From Patescibacteria group bacterium UBA6017 (lineage in GTDB: Bacteria > Patescibacteriota > Saccharimonadia > UBA4664): a stretch of DNA of 64,000 bases. This document shows positions 1 through 7,977 of this stretch, piece after piece (positions within the stretch are counted from its first letter, which is position 1; the number at the start of each line of letters is the position of its first letter). The notes under the pieces are model-generated. The model was given only the letters and a program-made list of their open reading frames with translations, was not told where the DNA came from and ran no database searches. The stretch covers positions 3,082-67,081 of the forward strand of contig DIZX01000002.1 of assembly GCA_002429485.1 (NCBI GenBank), read 5' to 3'. Both the position numbers and the translations under genes were made by a program.

Positions 1-1
1 G

Positions 2-850
2 CTCGGCCTGGAGGGTGACGTCACTGGGTGGGTGGAGGACCTGCGGTCGGTCTGCCGGGAGGTGGCACGGGTGCTCAAGCCGAGCGGGGCGTTCTGGTTG
101 AACCTCGGCGACAGCTTCTCCAGGCACACCCGCTACGGCGCACCACCCAAGGCCCTGCTGCTGGCTCCGGAGCGGCTGCTGCTGGCGCTGGCTGCCGACG
201 GGTGGATGGTGCGAAACAAGGTGATCTGGGCCAAGACCAACCCGATGCCGTCCTCGAACCGGGACCGGCTGACGCTGACGTGGGAGGGGCTCTATCTGCT
301 GGTGCGGTCCGGGTCCTACCACTTCGACCTCGACGTCATCCGGGAGCCGCATACCAGCACCGCCCCGAAGATCTCCCTTGCCGCGGTGGAGGTGCCGGAC
401 GGTCGCGAGACCTGGGCGGGCCCGCTAGCGGCCAGCCGGGGCGGACTCGCCAAGGTCAAGGCTTCGGGCCGGGCTGGGCACCCGCTCGGCAAGAACCCCG
501 GCGACGTGTGGCGGATCGCTACGAGCGGCTTCCGGGGAGCGCACTTCGCGACGTTCCCGCCTGAGCTGGTGCGCCGCCCGATCCTGGCGACCTGCCCGCC
601 CCTGGTCTGCAGCGATTGCGGCTTGCCCTGGGGACCGGTCCGGGGACGCCCCACCAGCGCGGTCGGGCCGAGGTGTGACCTGGCGGTGGCACCGCGGCCG
701 GGCGTGGTGCTCGACCCGTTCTTCGGGACTGGCACCGTCGGGATCGTCGCCCGTGACCTCGGTCGCGACTGGCTCGGCATTGAGTTGAAGCCCGAATACG
801 TCCAACTGGCTCGCGAGCGACTCGGGCTCGATCTGGAGGCTGCCGCATGA
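2..850 (+). CDS. DNA methyltransferase (N4-cytosine/N6-adenine family, PF01555-like), 5'-partial; the reading frame is open from the window edge
   Basis: Motifs 'VIWAKTNPMP' and C-terminal 'DPFFGTGTVG' (FxGxG) fit a beta-class amino-MTase. GC ~70%. The track ORF begins at an alternative GTG at 32, but the frame is open from position 2. Confidence 0.6.
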   Translation, partial: LGLEGDVTGWVEDLRSVCREVARVLKPSGAFWLNLGDSFSRHTRYGAPPKALLLAPERLLLALAADGWMVRNKVIWAKTNPMPSSNRDRLTLTWEGLYLLVRSGSYHFDLDVIREPHTSTAPKISLAAVEVPDGRETWAGPLAASRGGLAKVKASGRAGHPLGKNPGDVWRIATSGFRGAHFATFPPELVRRPILATCPPLVCSDCGLPWGPVRGRPTSAVGPRCDLAVAPRPGVVLDPFFGTGTVGIVARDLGRDWLGIELKPEYVQLARERLGLDLEAAA

Positions 851-950
851 GCCAGCGCCCTCGGGCCTCAAGTCCTCGTCGGTGGCGTGCAGCCGTCGTC
901 GTCACCCCTCGTCATGGAGTGGCCGGCTGCACCAACACCAAGGAGGACCG

Positions 951-1283
951 ATGTCCGAACCAAGTGGGCGCGGGTACAAGACCCTCGCCGTTCGACTGCC
1001 CGATGAGCTGCACGCACAGCTCGTCCTCATCGCCGGGCTCGGAGGGCTGTCGCTCAACGACGCCATCCGCCAAGGGGTCCAGGAACTCGTCGACCGCAGG
1101 CGCGGCGACGGAGACCTGGCCGCCCAGGCCGCCCAGGCCCTGGAAGAGATGGAACAGGAGTCTGCTATCAAACGGCAGGCCCTGCAGGCCCTGCTCGGAC
1201 CGACCGCCGTCAAGGCGACCCCGTCTGCCGAGCAGCCCACCCCGCCCCGGGGACGCTCCCGGCGCGGGGAGCCCGCGAGCTGA
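951..1283 (+). CDS. Ribbon-helix-helix (CopG/Arc-like) DNA-binding protein
   Basis: 'KTLAVRLPDELHAQLVLIAGLGGLSLNDAIRQGV' looks like an RHH fold. Start ATG at 951 is preceded by AGGAGGA at 941-947; the N-terminal extension in the track (from 882) is probably spurious. Confidence 0.5.
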   Translation: MSEPSGRGYKTLAVRLPDELHAQLVLIAGLGGLSLNDAIRQGVQELVDRRRGDGDLAAQAAQALEEMEQESAIKRQALQALLGPTAVKATPSAEQPTPPRGRSRRGEPAS

Positions 1284-1303
1284 TCGCTCGCGGGAGCTCA
1301 AAG

Positions 1304-1338
1304 CTGTGGGGAGGGCGATTCTTTCGCCCTCCCCACAG
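1304..1338 (+). terminator. Strong GC hairpin downstream of the RHH gene (13-bp stem, no clear U-run)
   Basis: 'ctgtggggagggcg-attctttc-gccctccccacag' is a perfect inverted repeat. Confidence 0.3.
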
Positions 1339-1487
1339 CACCCCACCAATGCGCGATTTCTTGGCGTAAACGACAAAGAATCGGCGCAAGATGCGGATAT
1401 TCTTTGGAAAAGAAATCGTGGAACGTGGGCAACATTTCCTTGTATAATTGGAATGATCGCGAAATTGATTGGAAATGGTTAATTGAT

Positions 1488-1901
1488 ATGGCTCGGACAA
1501 ACACTAAGACGGTAAATGAGGCTAGCGCCAAGCTCGGGGCATACCTGCAACAGCTCCGATTAGAAAGACGCTTAACGATGCGCGGACTGGCCGCCCGCGC
1601 GAAGGTCGACTTCTCCTACGTCTCGCGCCTCGAACATGGTCTCGTCGGTGCCCCCACCGCGCGCCAACTATGGAAGATTGCGCGGGCACTGGACATCGAG
1701 GTCGCTGATCTCTACTCCGAGGCGGGCTTCGTCGACGCCCACGGACTCCCCGGATTCGGACCCTACCTGCGCACCAAGTACCACCTGCCCGATGAGGCCA
1801 TCTCCCAACTGCAAGCGCACTTTGCACTTATCAACGAGAAGTATCACGCGGCCCGAAATGGCGATGCAGCGATCAGTGCTGAGGAGGCACCCGATGCTTA
1901 G
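1488..1901 (+). CDS. XRE-family helix-turn-helix transcriptional regulator
   Basis: 'LQQLRLERRLTMRGLAARAKVDFSYVSRLEHG' is an HTH_XRE pattern. The internal ATG at 1488 follows an AT-rich promoter-like stretch with TATAAT at 1443-1448. Confidence 0.6.
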   Translation: MARTNTKTVNEASAKLGAYLQQLRLERRLTMRGLAARAKVDFSYVSRLEHGLVGAPTARQLWKIARALDIEVADLYSEAGFVDAHGLPGFGPYLRTKYHLPDEAISQLQAHFALINEKYHAARNGDAAISAEEAPDA

Positions 1902-2442
1902 CACGATTACCCGGCTGCGCGACCTTGTCCCGCTACGCCGCCTATCGACACCCGAGGCGCTGCGCGTTGCGGAGGACCAGGCCAACCGGCTCTTGCACCT
2001 GTCCGGAATCACGGAGCCCCCGCTTGCCGAGGACGTCATCGCCGGAATGCCCCACATCCAAGTCGAACGTGTTGTGCCCGCCAGAGCGCTCGCCGCGACA
2101 CAGTGGTCGGACGGGCGCTGGCTGATCATCATCAACGGCGCGCTCAGCCAGGGGAGACAGCGTTGGAGCCTGGCCCACGAGGTCAAGCACATCCTCGACC
2201 ACCCATTCGTGACGATCCTCTACCCCCGGGGCTCCACGGAACGGGCCGAGCAGGCCTGCGACTACTTCGCCGCCTGTCTCCTGATGCCCCGGCGCTGGCT
2301 GCGACGAGCCTGGTCCCAGGGCACCCCCGACGTCCGGACACTCGCCCGCCTGTTCGGAGTGACACCAGCAGCTGTCACGGCCCGGCTACTACAGGTTGGC
2401 CTGATTGACCCAACATCACATCACCTCGTAAGGGAGGCCTGA
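1894..2442 (+). CDS. ImmA/IrrE-family metallopeptidase (HEXXH), partner of the XRE regulator
   Basis: 'SLAHEVKHILDHP' is an HExxH motif. ATG at 1894 follows GAGGAGG (1881-1887). It overlaps the XRE stop by 8 nt, which suggests translational coupling. Confidence 0.6.
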   Translation: MLSTITRLRDLVPLRRLSTPEALRVAEDQANRLLHLSGITEPPLAEDVIAGMPHIQVERVVPARALAATQWSDGRWLIIINGALSQGRQRWSLAHEVKHILDHPFVTILYPRGSTERAEQACDYFAACLLMPRRWLRRAWSQGTPDVRTLARLFGVTPAAVTARLLQVGLIDPTSHHLVREA

Positions 2443-2443
2443 C

Positions 2444-4207
2444 ATGAGCGAACCCGTGTATCTGCAGGAACCGGAGACAGTGCCGACGGCGACGCTCCCC
2501 CGAGCCGAGGTGGCGACCAGGCGCGCGGTGATCTACCTGCGGGTGTCGACGGCCGACCAAGCGCACGCGGACGGAGCGTCCGAGGGATACTCAATCCCCG
2601 CGCAGCGCGAGGCCTGCACGAGCAAGGCCCAGGACTTGGGCGCAGTGGTGGTGGGCGAATTCGCCGACCGTGGAGAGTCAGCCAGGTCTGCCGCCCGACC
2701 AGGGCTGCAGCAGATGTTGCGATTGTTGGCCGAGCACAAGGACGTTGACTTCGTCATCGTGCACAAGGTTGACCGACTGGCCCGCAACCGCGCCGACGAC
2801 GTACAGATCCAGATCGCGATAGAAAAGGCCCGAGCCCGGTTGATCAGCGTGACCGAGAGCGTCGACGACACCCCCTCAGGCAAGCTCGTGCACAACATCA
2901 TGGCCGACCTCGCCGAGTTCTATAGCGCCAACCTGGCCAGCGAGATCCTCAAAGGCTCCACCCAAAAGGCCAGCATGGGCGGTACCCCCTACCGCGCCCC
3001 AATCGGCTACCTGAACGTGCGCTACTTGGTCGAGGGCCGGGAGATCCGGACCATTGAGATCGACCTGGAGCGGGCCCACTTCATCCTGCGGGCCTTCGAG
3101 CTGTACGCGACGGGCGAGTACTCGCTCAAATCCCTGCACCTCCAATTAACGGCTGAGGGGCTGAGTACACGGCCAACACCCAGACAACCGGCGAAGCCGA
3201 TGGCGCTCTCGAAGTTCGCTAACCTGCTGCGCAACCGCTACTACCTGGGGGTGGTCACCTACCGAGGCGTAGAGCACCCCGGCAAGCACCCCGGGATCAT
3301 CGAGCAGGGCCTGTTCGATCGCGTGCAGCGCGTGCTGGAAGAGCGAGAGCAGCACACGATCAAGCAGCGCCGCAACCGCCACTATTTACGGGGGCTGCTG
3401 ACGTGTGCACGATGCAAGAGCCGCATGCTTTACACGACCGGCAAGGGCAAGGGCGGCGGCACTTTCGACTACTACGTCTGCAGCAAGCGCCACAAAGGGG
3501 CCGCTTGCGACCTCACCTACCTGTCAGCCGCCGACATCGAGGACCGGATCGAGCGCGCCTGGCACCTCTGGGTCCACCTGGACCGACTGGACGGCGAGAC
3601 GGTGGGACGCGATCTGGAGGCGATGGTGCTCGGCGACAAGGACCACCCGGAGCGGATCGCGCGCGCTCAGCGGCAGATCGCCCGCCTCGAATCCGAACGC
3701 CTCAAACTCGTGCAGATGGCCTACGCCGACGCCATCCCAATGAGCCTGCTGAAGACCGAACAGGAACGGATCACCATTCAGAGCCAGCAGGCCGAGCAGG
3801 AGATCACGAAAGCGCAGCCCAGCCAGGACATCATGAAGACCTACGAGCAGGCACGCGCCCTCATGAAGCGAGGGGCCGACGCCTACAGGGTCGCCGGACC
3901 CGACGCCCGTCGACTTCTCATCCGAGCCTTCTTAGCCCTGATCACGGTCGACACCGACGAGGAACACGCCACGCTGGCCAGCCCATGGCTGGAGATCCAA
4001 TCGGCCGCTGCCTCTGTACGTCAGGTGCGACCCCTCCCCCAACGCCCTGTGCGCCATGGTGGGCGCGTCGACCAGATCAGGAGGGCCTCAATGTCGAACC
4101 CCGGCCCTCTTTCTGAGGACCGGGGTTCGACTATGAATCCTTTGGTGGAGCTGAAGGGATTCGAACCCTTCACCTCTGCAATGCGAATGCAGCGCTCTAC
4201 CAAATGA
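2444..4207 (+). CDS. Large serine recombinase (resolvase catalytic domain + recombinase domain + Zn ribbon), integrase of the element
   Basis: 'AVIYLRVSTADQ' is the catalytic-Ser resolvase motif; cysteine pairs 'CARC...CSKRHKGAAC' follow. The ORF runs past the GC shift into the tRNA-Ala sequence before the first stop. Confidence 0.8.
   Translation: MSEPVYLQEPETVPTATLPRAEVATRRAVIYLRVSTADQAHADGASEGYSIPAQREACTSKAQDLGAVVVGEFADRGESARSAARPGLQQMLRLLAEHKDVDFVIVHKVDRLARNRADDVQIQIAIEKARARLISVTESVDDTPSGKLVHNIMADLAEFYSANLASEILKGSTQKASMGGTPYRAPIGYLNVRYLVEGREIRTIEIDLERAHFILRAFELYATGEYSLKSLHLQLTAEGLSTRPTPRQPAKPMALSKFANLLRNRYYLGVVTYRGVEHPGKHPGIIEQGLFDRVQRVLEEREQHTIKQRRNRHYLRGLLTCARCKSRMLYTTGKGKGGGTFDYYVCSKRHKGAACDLTYLSAADIEDRIERAWHLWVHLDRLDGETVGRDLEAMVLGDKDHPERIARAQRQIARLESERLKLVQMAYADAIPMSLLKTEQERITIQSQQAEQEITKAQPSQDIMKTYEQARALMKRGADAYRVAGPDARRLLIRAFLALITVDTDEEHATLASPWLEIQSAAASVRQVRPLPQRPVRHGGRVDQIRRASMSNPGPLSEDRGSTMNPLVELKGFEPFTSAMRMQRSTK
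4093..4131. repeat. Perfect 12-bp inverted repeat (gtcgaaccccgg / ccggggttcgac) with a 15-nt spacer at the element/tRNA junction
   Basis: Seen directly in the sequence, 12 nt from the tRNA-Ala 3' end. It resembles a tRNA T-arm fragment (GGGGTTCGA). Confidence 0.45.
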
Positions 4208-4218
4208 GCTACAGCCCC
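4143..4218 (-). tRNA. tRNA-Ala (anticodon CGC), CCA encoded
   Basis: The reverse complement reads GGGGCTGTAGCTCATTTGGTAGAGCGCTGCATTCGCATTGCAGAGGTGAAGGGTTCGAATCCCTTCAGCTCCACCA. A cloverleaf folds; G3:U70 is the Ala identity pair; the anticodon loop is TTCGCAT. Confidence 0.85.
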
Positions 4219-4267
4219 AAGATGTGTCGAATCGACTGATCTATTGTGCCTGGTTGTGGACGGAGCG

Positions 4268-6097
4268 TCAAACGCTAGCGGGAGTAACCGGCGAGCCTGA
4301 CCGCGCGGCATCATCTTCGGCGATGAAATCGCCGGATTGGTGACTCCAGAGGCTGGCGTATTGGCCGCCAGCGGCGAGGAGCTCGGTGTGGCTGCCGTCT
4401 TCGATGATTTTGCCGTCTTCGAGCACGAGGATACGGTCCATGCGGGCGATGGTGCTGAGGCGGTGGGCTATCACGATGGCGGTGCGGCCCTCCATGAGGC
4501 TCCAGAGCGCAGACTGGATAAGGCGCTCGGATTCGCTGTCGAGGGCGCTGGTGGCCTCGTCGAGGGCCAGGATGGGGGCATCTTTGAGCATGGCGCGGGC
4601 GATGGCTACACGCTGGCGTTGGCCGCCGGAAAGTTTGATGCCGCGCTCCCCTACTAACGTGTCGTAGCCTTTGGGAAGTTTCTCGATAAATTCGTGGGCG
4701 TGGGCGCGCTTGGTGGCGCGCACGATCTCCGCTTCGGTGGCATCAGGTTTGCCGTAGGCAATGTTTTCGCGCAGGGTGCGGTGAAAAAGCAACGGCTCCT
4801 GGGGCACGTAGCTGATGGCTCGGCGAAGGTCGTCCTGGGTGACGTGGGCAATGTTTTGACCGTCGATGGAGATGTGCCCGCTGTCGAGGTCGGCAAAGCG
4901 CAAGAGGAGGCGGGTGAGGGTGGTTTTGCCGGAGCCGGAGCGGCCCACGAGGCCGATCTTTTCACCGGGGCGAATGTGGAGATTGAGCCCGCTAAAGAGA
5001 GGGTCGTCATTTTCGCCATGAGTGAAGGTCATGTCTTTGAACACGATGTCGCCGGCGGTCATGCGGGAAGGCTCGGGATCGACCGGGTCCTTGATGCCGG
5101 GCTTGATCTGGAGGACTTCGATCATATCGTGCGAATCACCAAGGGCCCGGTTGTACTGGCGCAGGACGCTCTGGAATTGCCAGAGGTTAGAAGAGAGCGT
5201 GCCGGTGTAGGTAACCATCAGGAAGATGGTAGCGATATCGGCCTTAAACACGCCGACGCCGATGACGGCGATAACCAGAGCCGTGATCCGCAGACTCTGG
5301 GAGAGGAATGACGCATAGTTTTGGCGCCTAATGAGGGCCGAAACCGTCCGCAGACCGGCCTCTCGGACTTCATCGTTTGCGAGACTATAGCGAGCCTCTT
5401 CGCTGCTGATGGCGGCAAAGGTTTTTATAGCCGAGACGTTGGAGAGGCTGTCGGCCAGATAACCGGTTTGGCGGTTTTGAGCGCCGGCCTCGGCGGCGCT
5501 GGCGGCGCTAACGGCCCCGGAGAAGTAGATGGTCCCAGCCAGATAGGCTATAGAGATTATGAAAAGAATTGCCACATACCCAGGCGTGCGGGGGGCGAGG
5601 ATAACGACCGTCGCGATAATGGAGACGATAAGTGGGACAAGGTTAAACAGCGTGGCGTCGGCCAGCCGCATGTAGGCCCCAATGAGCTTATTGGTCTGAG
5701 ACACGAGCGAGCCGGCAAACCGATTGGCGTGGAAGCTGGCGCTCATGGTCATGAGATGCGAGAAGACGCGCCGGCTGAGATCACGGGCCACGTTGACCTC
5801 CAGATGGACATCCAGCCAAATGACAACCCGCCACCCGATTACCCCGCCGAGGAGGGCGAGGGCTGAATAGGCAATTAGCTGCGGACCAAAGCTGGCCCAG
5901 ACATTCTGATGATCGTAATTGCCCGTGCTGATAGTGGCCAGCACTTGAGCAAGAATGTAGGGCATCACGAAGTCACTGGAAACGACGAGGGCGGGCACGA
6001 GCAGGGCCAGCGCCCAGACGATGGCCGGGTAACGGGTGGCGTGATTCCAGAAAAAGCGGAGAGTCCGCATGGTATGAATTTTTTTGGGCTGAGCCAT
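4268..6097 (-). CDS. ABC transporter, fused permease/ATPase (MsbA/lipid-exporter-like)
   Basis: Six N-terminal TM helices; Walker A 'GRSGSGKTT'; signature 'LSGGQRQRVAIARAM'. Confidence 0.8.
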   Translation of the reverse strand: MAQPKKIHTMRTLRFFWNHATRYPAIVWALALLVPALVVSSDFVMPYILAQVLATISTGNYDHQNVWASFGPQLIAYSALALLGGVIGWRVVIWLDVHLEVNVARDLSRRVFSHLMTMSASFHANRFAGSLVSQTNKLIGAYMRLADATLFNLVPLIVSIIATVVILAPRTPGYVAILFIISIAYLAGTIYFSGAVSAASAAEAGAQNRQTGYLADSLSNVSAIKTFAAISSEEARYSLANDEVREAGLRTVSALIRRQNYASFLSQSLRITALVIAVIGVGVFKADIATIFLMVTYTGTLSSNLWQFQSVLRQYNRALGDSHDMIEVLQIKPGIKDPVDPEPSRMTAGDIVFKDMTFTHGENDDPLFSGLNLHIRPGEKIGLVGRSGSGKTTLTRLLLRFADLDSGHISIDGQNIAHVTQDDLRRAISYVPQEPLLFHRTLRENIAYGKPDATEAEIVRATKRAHAHEFIEKLPKGYDTLVGERGIKLSGGQRQRVAIARAMLKDAPILALDEATSALDSESERLIQSALWSLMEGRTAIVIAHRLSTIARMDRILVLEDGKIIEDGSHTELLAAGGQYASLWSHQSGDFIAEDDAARSGSPVTPASV

Positions 6098-6107
6098 AAC
6101 GCTTATT

Positions 6108-7376
6108 TTAACTCAACCAAGTCAATTCCGTGTCGCCGATGCGAATAATGTCGCCGTCGACAGCGCCCTGACGGCGGATCTCGCGGGCTACACCGGTTTT
6201 GGCGAGAATGTCGCGGAGGCGGCGCACGCCATCGTCTTCTTCGAAGTTGGTGCGGCGGGCAAAGCCCTCGATGCGCTCACCGATGACGCGGAAAATGCCG
6301 TCTTCCTCGGTGACGACGCGCCAGAAATCGGGCAGGTCGATGGTCTCGATAACGGGAATGGCGGTTTCGGCAATGTGGCGTTCGCGGGCGGCACGGGCGG
6401 CTTTTACCAGCTCGGCGGCGGCGCGAAGTACCTCGAGTAAGCCAACGTGAGCTTGGGCGGAAATAATGAAGATGGGGGTCTTGCCCGCGATCTTTTTGAT
6501 GGCCTTGGCAGCGGCGGTGATGGTTTTTGCGTCCACCGTTTCTGATTTGGTGATCACGATCAATTGCGGCTTCACGGATAGGTCGACCTCGTAGTGAGCG
6601 AGTTCGGACTGGATGACCTTGTAATCGGCGGCCGGATCGGGGCTACTGGGGTCGACGAGGTGCAGCAAGACGGCTGTGCGCTCGATGTGGCGCAGGAACT
6701 CGTCGCCCAGACCCTTACCCTCGCTAGCGCCCTCAATGAGGCCGGGGATGTCGGCCACGAGGAAGCCGAATTCATCCACGTCGACCACACCGAGATTAGG
6801 CACCAGAGTGGTGAAGGGATAAGCAGCGATTTCGGGTTTGGCATTGGAGATTACTGAAAGCAGCGTGGACTTGCCGGCGTTGGGCAACCCCACTAGACCG
6901 ACGTCGGCGACCATCTTGAGCTCGAGGCGGAGTTTGTGGGCCTCGCCAGGATCACCGAGTTCGGCGTTGCGGGGTGCCTGGCGGGTACTGGACTTGAAGT
7001 GAGCATTGCCGAAGCCGCCGCGTCCGCCCTTGGCGATAATGGATTCATCTTTGGGACCGGTAAGATCCACCACCAAAACATCGTCCTCCCACACCTGAGT
7101 CCCCTGCGGGACTTTCACGATCTGGTCGAGGCCGTTTTTGCCGTGTGAACGGTTGCCGCCGCCGCCCTCGCCCGATTCGGCGCGGATGGTCTGAGCGTTG
7201 CGATAGGCAACGAGGGTATTGAGATTGTGGTCAACGCGAATAATGACGTCACCGCCGCGGCCGCCATCGCCGCCATCTGGTCCGCCCATGGCGCGGTATT
7301 TCTCGTGCCTAAAGCTGGAGCGGCCATCGCCGCCCTTACCCGCCTTTAATTCGATTGTTGCTGTATCCACGAACAT
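6108..7376 (-). CDS. obg: GTPase Obg/CgtA
   Basis: 'FVDTATIELKAGKGGDGRSSFRHEKY' is the Obg fold, followed by G-motifs 'GLPNAGKST'. The internal ATG at 7376 matches the conserved N-terminus; the track start is 7394. Confidence 0.85.
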   Translation of the reverse strand: MFVDTATIELKAGKGGDGRSSFRHEKYRAMGGPDGGDGGRGGDVIIRVDHNLNTLVAYRNAQTIRAESGEGGGGNRSHGKNGLDQIVKVPQGTQVWEDDVLVVDLTGPKDESIIAKGGRGGFGNAHFKSSTRQAPRNAELGDPGEAHKLRLELKMVADVGLVGLPNAGKSTLLSVISNAKPEIAAYPFTTLVPNLGVVDVDEFGFLVADIPGLIEGASEGKGLGDEFLRHIERTAVLLHLVDPSSPDPAADYKVIQSELAHYEVDLSVKPQLIVITKSETVDAKTITAAAKAIKKIAGKTPIFIISAQAHVGLLEVLRAAAELVKAARAARERHIAETAIPVIETIDLPDFWRVVTEEDGIFRVIGERIEGFARRTNFEEDDGVRRLRDILAKTGVAREIRRQGAVDGDIIRIGDTELTWLS

Positions 7377-7545
7377 ATTTATGGAGTATAGCATGCTTGG
7401 AGCTATATGTCTTGACTTATCATAATGATCATGTTAATTTTGCATGCGCTCGGTCCCCAGGACTGAGCGCCTACCCGCACCTTTCACTCGTAGATACTGG
7501 AGCATAGAGATCGCAAACAGCAAGGGCAGTAATGCCCGAATCCCC

Positions 7546-7836
7546 ATGAGAAAGCGTCAAATATGGATATTTGACGCCGAAGAACTGTCGTTCTACGTCT
7601 TCGTCTACTTCGTTGCCGCCACGATGTGGTCGGTAGTGGAATGGACAATAATCAGGCGCAACTGTGTTGCGATTCAACAACTCCTCGATACCGTACCGGC
7701 ACCAGACTGTGACAACACGGGGATACCTGCGATTGCACACCAATCGATTGCCGGGTGGCTGTGGCTCCTGGGGCTTATGCTCCTATTCAAGTTCGGCCGC
7801 CTGTTTTGGCAGGCCTGGGGTCCAAGATCTAGCTGA
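7546..7836 (+). CDS. Hypothetical small membrane protein (uncertain gene)
   Basis: ORF with two hydrophobic segments, lower GC, followed by a terminator at 7930-7963. Confidence 0.25.
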   Translation: MRKRQIWIFDAEELSFYVFVYFVAATMWSVVEWTIIRRNCVAIQQLLDTVPAPDCDNTGIPAIAHQSIAGWLWLLGLMLLFKFGRLFWQAWGPRSS

Positions 7837-7929
7837 GATGTGCGCGGCTCGCGGTCCGGGAATAATGTGACGCGTAGTGCGTCGTACCCGGGCTGCAACC
7901 CTCCTGAAATTATTTCTGCCTTATGGCAA

Positions 7930-7963
7930 ATACCACCGGCCAAAGCGACCGGTGGTATTTTTT
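7930..7963. terminator. Rho-independent terminator (10-bp stem 'ataccaccgg'/'ccggtggtat', T6 run), possibly shared with the convergent LysM-CHAP gene
   Basis: Seen directly: hairpin followed by TTTTTT on the plus strand and a weak A-run before it. Confidence 0.55.
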
Positions 7964-7977
7964 GATATTTGGTTTTG

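Larger units (their letters stand above)
1..4142. mobile_element. High-GC integrative element fragment (MTase, RHH, XRE/ImmA, serine integrase) inserted next to the tRNA-Ala 3' end; it continues left of the window
   Basis: GC is ~70% here versus ~57% in the rest. The integrase is adjacent to the tRNA 3' end, and the gene content is a phage/ICE-like regulatory module. Confidence 0.6.

Noticed and set aside
28-564. 178-aa ORF in an alternative frame over the methyltransferase gene, and many other long antisense/alternative-frame ORFs (e.g. 14488-15495 opposite ftsA, 40198-40887, 59261-60043, 61765-62463, 12135-12644)
   Set aside because: They overlap well-supported genes with clear family motifs. 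High GC with few stop codons produces such shadow ORFs; their low-complexity Ala/Gly/Arg-rich translations are typical of artefacts.
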